Assembly: GCA_048213135.1 (NCBI GenBank)
Contig: PS015217.1
Location: forward strand, 131,485-151,484
Length of the DNA stretch: 20,000 nucleotides
Reading direction: 5' to 3'
Source: Reclinomonas americana ATCC 50394
Taxonomy: Eukaryota
Below, piece after piece: positions 10,173-20,000 of the stretch (position 1 is the first letter of the stretch; each line of letters opens with the position of its first letter). The notes beneath the pieces are model-generated. The model ran no database searches. It saw nothing but the letters and a program-made list of their open reading frames with translations, and was not told where the DNA came from. The translations under genes and the position numbers were made by a program.

Positions 10173-11555
10173 TTGTCTGTCTTCTACTTTCTGTCTCTTT
10201 TTGTTTCTCTCGCCTGTCTATTTCACTCTTTGTTTCTGTCTCCTCGCGTTGAGCTTGACTCCTAATTGCTTCTACCTGTCCTTGCTGCAGCGCTCTCACC
10301 GTCAGCCACTTCCCCAACATCGCCGCCGGCAAAGAATCCCGCCATCCACTTCTTTAGCCCTGTTCCACCACCACCCTTGCCGCCCCAACTGCCTTCACCG
10401 TCGTCATCACCGTCGGCGAGCGCTGTGTCGTCAGACAGCGTGCACGTGCTCATCGATGCGCCGCGACAGCCCGTATTGCGACTGCCGAACCTGCCGACGC
10501 TGTCGCAGTTTACGATGCTCACTGGCATTCGATTGCCGCCGCCTCCTGGGCGGCCTCCAATGTCATTGTCCACTCCTGGGCTGGTGCCTCGGTTGCCTTT
10601 TGCGTTCACACATAATCGCAGCTACATGACGCTGACGCCGCCACCGCCTGTGCGTCCTCCGCCGCTAGTGGCGGCATCAACCGAGAGTGAGCCGCGTGAG
10701 TTGCGAGGACCGGCAAAGGTGGAAGCGGATTCTGCTGGCGCGGCGGAGATGCCACAACTGCCGTCACCGCCGCGACGTACCTCGCTGCTGTTGCCATCGC
10801 TGCCGGTATGTGTGCGGAGTCAAGGGGAAGAGGAGTGAGACAAATTTGTGGGAATCGAAGCCGATAGCAGGCCCGCTTTGCTTCACGAGACTCCTCTCCA
10901 CCTGTTCTTTGTTCTGCAACAGAACTACTGCTTGCCCCTCCCACACAGAGACGCATTGTTGTTCATTTGTGCGGATCACTAAGTAATGGTCTCACAGGTG
11001 GGGTCGATGGCTTTGCCAAGGAGGATTCGGTCACCGTCGGTCATGGGTGCGATGGCGGTCGCGTTGCAGAAGCGGCTGCAGTCGTCGGCGTCGCCTGGTG
11101 TTGCAAATCTCTTGCCGCATCCAGTCGATAGACGATTGCCACGGATGAGCGAGTTATGCCTGTCGCTGCCGCTGCCGCCACCCCCGCCGCCTCCATTGCC
11201 ACCAGTTGAGTATGTTTGTGATGTGAGGCAGACACGAAGCAGAGAGTGGTTTGTGTGTCCAGAGTTTGACGACGGGTGGTGCACAGATTCCACTTCCTTT
11301 GTCGCGCGGAGGAGAGACGACAAAGGCACTGGGAGCTCGGCGACCGGGCTTGTCGCTGCAGATGGCTGTGCCGTTGCCGCGAGCGCGGGTTTGTTATTCC
11401 TTGTTTCTGATATCGAGTGGTGTGGGGCTGTTGATGACAGACCGGTGTCTGTGCAGCTTCAAAGGACGCAGCTGGCAGAGTCGAGTACGGTCGTGACGAT
11501 CGAGCAAGAGCGCCGAGTGGGTGGACGAGAGCAAGAGGCGGAGTTTTGCGAATGA
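63..11555 (+). CDS. Gene 1 (5'-partial): spliced type I transmembrane protein with cadherin-like repeats and a proline-rich cytoplasmic tail
   Basis: Manual GT-AG exon chain that keeps one frame to TGA 11553-11555: 63-341, 411-689, 760-1047, 1120-1401, 2232-2522, 2586-2870, 3419-3703, 3789-4073, 4183-4467, 4527-4814, 4888-5036, 5494-5623, 5683-5828, 5905-6037, 6116-6397, 6464-6609, 6690-6822, 7369-7554, 7617-7802, 8468-8586, 8647-8950, 9652-9854, 9918-9969, 10032-10061, 10291-10805, 10998-11204, 11287-11388, 11457-11555 (~1990 codons). Repeat exons are confident. Exons after 9854 are less certain, and exons could hide in the gap at 8995-9337. Confidence 0.85.
1578..2060 (+). repeat. Degenerate ~110-bp purine-rich tandem repeat in intron 1402-2231
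   Basis: Units begin GTGAGAGA at ~1578, 1650, 1761, 1875 and 1982. They share GA[A/G]TG[A/T]GACAT, and the middle units share GAGGAGGGAGAGACA. Confidence 0.7.
5060..5330 (+). repeat. Direct duplication (~138-bp period) in intron 5037-5493
   Basis: GACGATAGAGAGTCGAA occurs at 5080 and 5218; GGAAGAGTAGTCGATCAAGTGACAAG occurs twice. Confidence 0.8.
6823..7075 (+). repeat. Polypurine (G/A) low-complexity tract at an intron 5' end
   Basis: About 250 nt almost exclusively G and A. Confidence 0.85.
7369..8950 (+). CDS. Gene 1 membrane-proximal region: EPPPPPPPPS linker plus two non-cadherin beta-sandwich-like domains
   Basis: Exons 7369-7554, 7617-7802, 8468-8586 and 8647-8950 splice in frame. 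Both domains show V.W...V/F.I/V.L ... Y/F.V/F.V ... P/A-F; the 60-nt intron 8587-8646 is inferred from GTGAGT...CTCAC...CAG. Confidence 0.65.
8995..9337. other. Assembly gap (N run)
   Basis: Ns in the sequence. Confidence 1.
9338..9407 (+). repeat. (GA)n microsatellite flanking an assembly gap
   Basis: Directly visible AG dinucleotide run. Confidence 0.95.
9652..9854 (+). CDS. Gene 1 transmembrane exon
   Basis: CAG acceptor at 9649-9651. It encodes WYWIALMAAGGTLLCMITTCCFMFACY (9702-9782) followed by a basic stop-transfer RRRQRRR, then a GTGAGT donor at 9855. Confidence 0.8.
9918..11555 (+). CDS. Gene 1 proline/serine-rich cytoplasmic tail exons
   Basis: In-frame exons encode PVPPPPLPP, LPPPPGRPP, TPPPPVRPPP and LPLPPPPPPPLPP, ending EQEAEFCE*. 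Confidence 0.65.
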
Positions 11556-12015
11556 CCATCTCACTTGCACCTTGAGATAATACAGGAGGGCTCTCGAAAT
11601 TTGATCGATCGCATTCGCGAGTGTGACTGCAACACTGATTTCGCAGCATGCCGTGGTCGTCTCAGTGCCTGGATGGTCACGCGGACGTGCGTCATTTTTC
11701 CAGGTTTATTGAAAGTGCACGCACAAGATTCACGCAAGTGACATGCTCTTCTGCATTTGTGCACTCCACTGCAATGGGTTTCCGAAGAGGTCAGCTTCAC
11801 ATTGATTTCCAGACGAATTTGAAGTGGATTTTCAGCGCGCATGTGTTGTCTTTGGAGTGCTTCTGGTCCTCCACGCAACCGACACTCGTGGGCATTCTCT
11901 TCGCTGATATTGATCGCTGGGCCTCCACTGAGAAGCATGGGTCGAAGAAAAATTAGACTTGTGCAACCAATTTTCCAATTGGCCGATTGGTCATCCAACA
12001 AGTCCGACCCCCTGC

Positions 12016-12759
<744 letters not shown>

Positions 12760-12918
12760 GAGCGCCTCCTTTCTTTTCACGCCTTTCGCACTGAACACAC
12801 ACAAAGACACACACGCGTGCGCATTCATACGTGCCTCAGAGTCAAGCAGTGTGAGAGTGCGGGAAAATAGAGGCATCTCTTCTTTCATCGTCATTTTTTT
12901 CAGTCTTCGAGCCGCGAC

Positions 12919-15900
12919 ATGCCCAAGTGTGACTCTTCTGCCCATTCGCTCATGTGCCCTCGCCGCCGCCATCACTCGCGCGCGTCGCCGTGGGCTTGCG
13001 CAATGATATTGACTTTTGCTGTTGGCTTCCTCTCGCTGGCGCATGGCGCGAGTGCCACTGTTCCTCCAAGTTGCGTGTGCGACTGTGCGTGTGTGTACCT
13101 TGGTATGTGTCTCTCGATGTGTGTGCGCGCGACCGTTTTTTTGCAATTGGCAGAAATGTGTGTGTTTTGGGGTCATGAGTGCGTTCGCGGGGGGTGGTGT
13201 CAAATCTAGACATGCACATTTGTGTGCGCCGGTGCGTGCATTTGTGAGTGCGGTGGTGCGCTGAATGCAGTGTCGATGAGAGCACGCGCGCGCATGTGAG
13301 AGAGAAATCGAAATTTATCATCCATTTCTTCTCTCACGCACGCACATTTTCTCTCTGTCTCGCACGCACTCTCTGTCTCACTCTCCTCCACGCTCGCACT
13401 CTGAGCAGAAAGGGGAGAATGGTGCTTTTATGTCAAGTGCATTGCCTCACTCGCACTGTCTCACTCACACACTCGCTCTCCCTCTTTGTACACACGCAGT
13501 GTGCAGCAGCGGCAGCCAGCCAACCACGTACTGGGCAAGTGCGACGCTCGCTGTCGGTACCTGCACTGGCACATGGACGACCATTCTCAACTCCACAGCG
13601 GCTGCGCTGTGTGCCACCAACTACTGGATCTGTTCCTACACAGATGCTGCGCCAAACGCACTTGGTTTGGTCGACTACACCCAGGCCATCGCGGTGGCTG
13701 GCTGCTTTGCGTACCGCGCGGCTGATGACGGTGGAACATGCAAGCAGCTCAACTTCTCCGACAGCAATGCCAATGAAGTCGCTGGCATTGGCGCCCAGTG
13801 CTCGTGAGTGCCGTTCCTCTGTCTCCTCACCCCCGCCTCTGTTCCTCCCTCTCTTGCCCCCGCCTCCGTCTCTCCTCTCTCTCTCCCCCGCTCCGTGTCT
13901 CCTCCCTCTCTCGCCCCCGCTCCGCGTCTCCTCTCTCGCCCCCGCTCCGCGTCTCCTCTCTCGCCCCCGCTCCGCGTCTCCTCTCTCGCCCCCGCTCCGC
14001 GTCTCCTCTCTCGCCCCCGCTCCGCGTCTCCTCTCTCGCCCCCGCTCCGCGTCCTCCTCCCTCCCCCGCGCCGTGTCTCCTCCTCTCTCGCCCCCGCTCC
14101 GCGTCTCCTCCCTCTCCCCCCCCCCCGCTCCGCATCTCCCCCCTCGTCCCCGCTTCGTCTCTCCTCTCGCCTTCAATGTCTCCTCCTCTCGCACCGCCCT
14201 CCATTCTGCCGTGCTTCGCACTCGTCCATCCCCCTCTCTGAAACCAGTGCCTTCCGCATTTCATGCCGTCTCATTTATTGTGCATGCAGAGCTCAAGGAG
14301 CCACGGCAACCAGTTGCTTCGGATCGGGCCTCGGTCGCATCGATTACGCCCAATCGAGCGCGAGCGGCGCCCGAAATACCGGTTTCTCGCCTGGTGGCGT
14401 TGTTTGCTGCGGACCGGCCACCAACAGCGCTCCTACGGACATCAGCTTGAGTTCTGCGACATATGTTGCTCCCTCGGTCGCGGGAGTTGTTGTGGGCACG
14501 TTGTCGACCACCGATCCAGACCCGATCGACACCAGCTTTACATACACCATCACGGGAGGCGCCAATGCAGCCAACTTTTCAATCTCGTGCGTCTGTGCCT
14601 GCCTGTGTAATCACTTATTTCGGCTGCGTGTGCTATTTGCCACTAACTCCGTACGCTCCCTGATCCGTGCAGAGGCTCGACACTGTCCATCGTCACTGCG
14701 GGCCTCACGTCGACGTCGTTGTCTGGTGACGTTACGCTCCATGTGAGGCATCTTTATCATTGGGCGACTCATTGTTATTGCGCTGTCTAGTAACTGTGAC
14801 GGCCAACGACGGCAAAGGAGGAACGTTTGCAAAAGCGTTCACCATACCCTCCATCAATAATGCGCCTACGGCGATCACGTACCTGGGTGCTCCGTGGTAT
14901 CTGGGCCCAACGCCGACTGCTGGGTATTTGGTCGGCGTCTTGTCGACGACAGATGTAGACTCGCAGCAGTCGTTCACATATGCCATTGTCGGCGGTGCGA
15001 ACGCATCAAACCTATCCATTGTCGGAAACAGTCTCTACATCAAGAATAATGGACAAAATGGCAATCTGGTGGTCAACATTCAAGTGACGGACAATGGCGT
15101 GCCTCCGCAGTCGTACACTCAGTCATTTACGCTAACTCGTTGCGTTCATTCTTCGCCTTTTTCTGTTCACATGTATTTTGAGCCTCATCACCCACGTGTG
15201 CCTCAGCAAACACCGCTCCGTCCTCTCCGACATTGACGCCAACGACATATCCTCCTCCGCTAGCCTTGAACGGAGTGATCGGCACACTATCTGCAACGGA
15301 TGTGAACTCTGGACAGACTCTCTCGTACACGATTACGGGTGGCACCAACGCTGCGTCATTCAACATCAGTGGCACGAGTCTGCGATCGAATGTTGCTGGC
15401 CTCACTGGCAATGGCCTGCAAGTGATTGTGCAAGTGAGTGACGGAGTTGGTGGAACAGCAAGTGCGACATTTACCATCAACGAAGGTCAGTGTGCGATGA
15501 AGCTGTAGCTGTTATGGTTTACGATTTACCGTTTTCTGCAGTCAATGTTGCACCTTCTGCACCGACGCTGTCAAGCAACACGTACGCGGCGCCTCTCGCC
15601 ATGAATGGCGTGATCGGCACGTTATCGTCGACGGATGGGAACACCGGGCAGACACTGACATACACGATTACCGGTGGCACGAACTCGGCGTCGTTCAACA
15701 TCAGCGGCACGAGTCTGCGATCGAATGTGGCTGGCCTCACTGGCAATGGCCTGCAAGTGACTGTGCAAGTGAGCGACGGAACGTTGACAGCGAGCACCAC
15801 GTTCACCATCAACGAAGGTGCTTTTTTGTTCATTGTCTCCTTCTTGGTCAGTTCTTTGCCTACGCGACGCTCAACGCGCCATGTCACTATGCAGTTAATA

Positions 15901-18900
15901 TTGCGCCAACTGCGCCGACGTTGTCGAGTAGCACCTACACGCCGCCGCTAGCCTTGAACGGAGTGATTGGCACGCTGTCGTCAACTGATCCGAACACTGG
16001 TCAGACACTGACATACACAATTACGGGTGGCACGAACTCTGCGTCGTTCAACATCAGCGGCACGAGTCTGCGATCGAATGTGGCAGGTCTCACGGGCAAC
16101 GGCCTGCAAGTAATTGTGCAAGTGAGTGACGGAGCAGGTGGGACGACAAGCACCACGTTCACCGTCAACGAAGGTCAGTGTGAATTTGCGGTGTCTGTCT
16201 GCACCGATGTCATTCCCCGGCGTTCGGTCACCTCAACCGTGCCATGTTTATGTGCAGTCAACGTTGCACCAACTGCGCCCGCTCTCTCGAGCAACACCTA
16301 CACACCGCCGCTAGCCTTGAACGGAGTGATTGGCACGCTGTCGTCCACCGACCCCAACACTGGCCAGACACTGACATACACCATCACGGGCGGCACCAAC
16401 TCGGCGTCGTTCAACATCAGCGGCACGAGTCTGCGGTCGAATGTTGCTGGCCTCACTGGCAACAATTTGCAAGTGGTTGTGCGCGTGAGTGATGGAACTT
16501 TGACGGCGACGACAACCTTCACCATCAGCGAAGGTCGGTGTGAAGTGCGTGAATGGCTTTCTGTGAATGTGCTCACAGATCCTCTTATGTTTGTGTTCAG
16601 CCAACGTTGCGCCGACTGCACCAACTCTATCCAGCAGCACTTACACACCACCACTGGCGTCCAATGGAGTGATTGGCACGCTGTCGTCCACCGATCCAAA
16701 CACTGGTCAGACACTGACGTACACGATTACGGGTGGCACGAACTCTGCGTCGTTCAACATCAGCGGCACGAGTCTGCGGTCGAATGTTGCAGGTCTCACT
16801 GGCAATGGCCTGCAAGTGATTGTGCAAGTGAGTGACGGAGCAGGTGGGACGACAAGCACAACATTCACCATCAACGAAGGTCAGTGTGAGATGAAGCTGC
16901 AGCTGTGCTGGATTGCGATTCACCGTCCTCTACAGCCAATGTTGTACCAACTGCGCCCGCGTTGTCGAGTAACACCTACACACCGCCGCTGGCGTCCAAT
17001 GGAGTGATTGGCACGCTATCGTCCACAGATCCGAACACTGGTCAGACACTGACGTACACAATTACGGGAGGCACGAACTCTGCGTCGTTCAACATCAGCG
17101 GCACGAGTCTGCGCTCGAATGTGGCTGGCCTCACTGGTAACAATCTACAAGTCATTGTACAAGTGAGCGACGGAGCAGGTGGTACAGCGAGCTCAACGTT
17201 TACAATCAGCGAAGGTCAGTGTGATATGAGGCTGTTGCTGCTGTGATGAATTGTGACTCACCGTCCTCTACAGCCAATGTCGTTCCGACTGCGCCCGCGT
17301 TGTCGAGTAGCACGTACACTCCTCCTCTTGCCTCGAACGGAGTGATTGGCACGCTGTCGTCAACTGATCCGAACACTGGTCAGACACTGACATACACGAT
17401 TACGGGAGGCACGAACTCTGCGTCATTCAACATCAGCGGCACGAGTCTGCGGTCGAATATTGCAGGTCTCACTGGCAACAATCTACAAGTCATCGTACAA
17501 GTGAGCGACGGAGCAGGTGGGACAGCAAACACAACATTCACCATCAACGAAGGTCAGTGTGAGATTAGGCTCTTGCTGCAGTGCTGGTTTATGACTCACC
17601 GTCCTCTGCAGCCAACATTGTACCGACTGCGCCCGCGTTGTCGAGTAGCACCTACACTCCTCCTCTCGCATTGAACGGAGTGATTGGCACGCTGTCGTCC
17701 ACCGACCCCAACACTGGCCAGACACTGACGTACACGATTACGGGTGGCACCAACTCGGCGTCGTTCAATATCAGCGGCACGAGCCTGCGATCGAATGTTG
17801 CAGGTCTCACGGGCAACAATCTGCAAGTAATCGTGCAAGTCAGCGATGGGGCAGGCGGCACGGCGAGCACAACATTTACCATTAGCGAAGGTGTGTATAA
17901 TTGTGCCGAAATTATTCCTGGCGTGCAGCACGGTCAACTTACCATGTCTGTGAGCAGTCAACGTTGCGCCAACTGCACCGACACTGTCGAGCAACACGTA
18001 CATTCCTCCTCTTGCCTCGAACGGAGTAATTGGCACTCTGTCGTCCACCGATCCGAACACTGGCCAGACACTGACATACACAATTACGGGTGGCACCAAC
18101 TCGGCGTCGTTCAATATCAGCGGTACGAGTCTTCGATCCAATGTTGCTGGCCTCACCGGCAATGGCCTGCAGGTGACTGTTCGCGTCAGTGATGGAACGC
18201 TGACGGCGAGTACAACGTTCACCATTAGCGAAGGTCAGTGTGAGATGAAGCTGCAGCTGTGCTGGATTCTGTCAGAACTCACCGTCCTCTACAGCCAATG
18301 TTGTACCAACTGCGCCCGCGTTGTCGAGTAACACCTACACACCGCCGCTGGCGTCCAATGGAGTGATTGGCACGCTATCGTCCACAGATCCGAACACTGG
18401 TCAGACACTGACGTACACAATTACGGGAGGCACGAACTCTGCGTCGTTCAACATCAGCGGCACGAGTCTGCGCTCGAATGTGGCTGGCCTCACTGGCAAT
18501 GGCCTGCAAGTCATTGTACAAGTGAGCGACGGAGCAGGTGGGACAGCAAGCACGACTTTCACCATTAGCGAAGGTCAGTGTGTTTGATGAAGATCTGAAG
18601 CTGCTGCTGTGATGAATTGTGACTCACCGTCCTCTACAGCCAATGTCGTTCCGACTGCGCCAACGCTGTCGAGCAACACCTACACACCGCCACTCGCATT
18701 GAACGGAGTAATTGGCACGCTGTCAGCAACAGATGTAAACACTGGCCAGACACTGACNNNNNNNNNNNNNNNNNNNNNNNNNNNNNNNNNNNNNNNNNNN
18801 NNNNNNNNNNNNNNNNNNNNNNNNNNNNNNNNNNNNNNNNNNNNNNNNNNNNNNNNNNNNNNNNNNNNNNNNNNNNNNNNNNNNNNNNNNNNNNNNNNNN

Positions 18901-20000
18901 NNNNNNNNNNNNNNNNNNNNNNNNNNNNNNNNNNNNNNNNNNNNNNNNNNNNNNNNNNNNNNNNNNNNNNNNNNNNNNNNNNNATACACGATTACGGGAG
19001 GCACCAACTCGGCGTCGTTCAACGTCAGCGGCACGAGTCTGCGGTCGAATGTGGCTGGCCTCACTGGTAACAATCTACAAGCCATTGTTCAAGTGAGCGA
19101 CGGAGCAGGTGGTACAGCGAGCACTACATTCACCATCAGCGAAGGTTTTGTTTCATTGTCTCCTTCCTTCTCAGCTCTTTGTCTGTACGGCGCTAAGCTT
19201 GTCGTGTCTATGTGCAGTCAATGTTGCGCCAACTGCACCCACTCTCTCGAGCAACACCTACGTACCGCCGCTGGCGTCCAATGGAGTGATTGGCACACTG
19301 TCGTCCACCGACCCCAACACTGGCCAGACACTGACGTACACCATCACGGGAGGCACGAACTCGGCGTCGTTCAACATCAGCGGCACGAATTTGCGATCCA
19401 ATGTTGCTGGCCTCACTGGCAATGGCCTGCAAGTGACTGTGCAAGTGAGTGACGGAACATTGACAGCGAGTGCGACATTCACCATCAGCGAAGGTCAGTG
19501 TGAGATGAAGCTGCTTTTCTGCTGGATTATAACTTATCGTTATCCACAGCCAATGTTGCGCCGAGTGCGCCCACTGTCTCGAGCAACACCTACACACCGC
19601 CGCTGGCGTCCAATGGCGTTATCGGCACACTGTCGTCCACCGATCCGAACACTGGTCAGACACTGACGTACACGATTACGGGTGGCACCAATTCGGCGTC
19701 GTTTAACATCAGCGGCACGAATTTGCGATCCAATGTTGCTGGCCTCACCGGCAATGGCCTGCAAGTGACTGTGCAAGTGAGTGACGGAACATTGACAGCG
19801 AGTACAACCTTCACCATTAACGAAGGTCAGTGTGAGATGAAGCTGCTTTTCTGCTGGATTATGACTTATCGTTATCCACAGCCAATGTTGCACCGAGTGC
19901 ACCGACACTGTCGAGCAGCACCTACACACCGCCGCTGGCGTCCAATGGAGTGATTGGCTCGCTGTCGTCCACAGATCCGAACACTGGCCAGACACTGACA
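12919..20000 (+). CDS. Gene 2 (3'-partial): secreted/surface cadherin-like repeat protein, paralog of gene 1
   Basis: In-frame ATGs at 12919, 12952 and 13003; signal peptide MILTFAVGFLSLAHGASA. Exons: start-13069, 13500-13803, 14290-14586, 14673-14725, 14791-15138, 15207-15485, 15542-15817, 15895-16173, 16258-16533, 16601-16879, 16936-17214, 17274-17552, 17612-17890, 17958-18233, 18295-18573, 18640-(gap)-19144, 19218-19493, 19550-19825, 19882->20000. Splice phases are compatible throughout. Confidence 0.85.
13500..14410 (+). CDS. Gene 2 N-terminal cysteine-rich module (~140 aa, 10 Cys)
   Basis: Exons 13500-13803 and 14290-~14410 give CSSG...GTCTGTW...AALCATNYWICS...GCFAYRAADDGGTC...VAGIGAQCS...TSCFGSGLGRID...GGVVCC. 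Confidence 0.75.
13880..14130 (+). repeat. 25-bp C-rich minisatellite (CTCCTCTCTCGCCCCCGCTCCGCGT)n in gene 2 intron 13804-14289
   Basis: About five perfect units at ~13905-14055 (TCCGCGTCTC recurs at 13921, 13946, 13971, 13996, 14021) plus degenerate flanking copies. Confidence 0.92.
15207..20000 (+). repeat. Tandem array of at least 14 near-identical exon+intron units (~330-365 bp) in gene 2
   Basis: Exons are 276 or 279 nt with the near-invariant core GQTLTYTITGGTNSASFNISGTSLRSNVAGLTGN. Many introns begin GTCAGTGTGAGATGAAGCTG or a close variant. Confidence 0.95.
18758..18983. other. Assembly gap (N run) inside a repeat exon
   Basis: Ns in the sequence. Confidence 1.

Noticed and set aside
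63-11555. Assigning a metazoan gene symbol (FAT, DCHS, CDH23, PCDH)
   Set aside because: No LDRE/DxNDN motifs, EGF/LamG domains or recognisable cytoplasmic domains; orthology is unsupported.
11648-11956. 102-aa ORF between the two genes
   Set aside because: No recognisable motif or supporting splice structure; probably 3' UTR or intergenic.
13248-14746. 400-aa, 312-aa and 262-aa ORFs with periodic motifs
   Set aside because: They stay open because of the stop-free 25-bp minisatellite; only the 14290-14586 part of the 312-aa ORF is a real exon.
15207-20000. CRISPR-like or DGR-like array (conserved blocks alternating with variable spacers)
   Set aside because: The conserved blocks are 276-279 nt coding exons and the spacers are GT-AG introns related to each other. 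There is no cas or reverse transcriptase gene and no adenine-specific variation.

Overview
Intron-rich eukaryotic DNA (probably a protist; the taxon cannot be fixed from the window) with three assembly gaps. It holds two head-to-tail, + strand paralogous genes for giant surface proteins built of ~93-aa cadherin-like repeats, nearly all encoded one repeat per symmetric phase-1 exon. Gene 1 (5' end upstream of the window, stop at 11553-11555) reads in one frame after manual splicing (~1990 aa in window). It has 14 divergent cadherin-like repeats, six carrying a vicinal NCC motif, then a PPPP linker, two other beta-rich domains, a Cys-rich single TM helix and a ~360-aa proline-rich tail. Gene 2 (start ~12919-13003, running off the 3' end) has a signal peptide, a 10-Cys N-terminal module, two ancestral-looking cadherin repeats and at least 14 near-identical exon+intron units. 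Most notable: bacterial-style, Ca-site-degenerate cadherin repeats in a skippable one-exon-per-domain array; a frequent +1-shifted splice donor class (H|GTTGCGT/GTTGAG); and a WASP C-helix-like motif in the gene 1 tail. All gene models come from reading the sequence by eye, with no transcript or database evidence.
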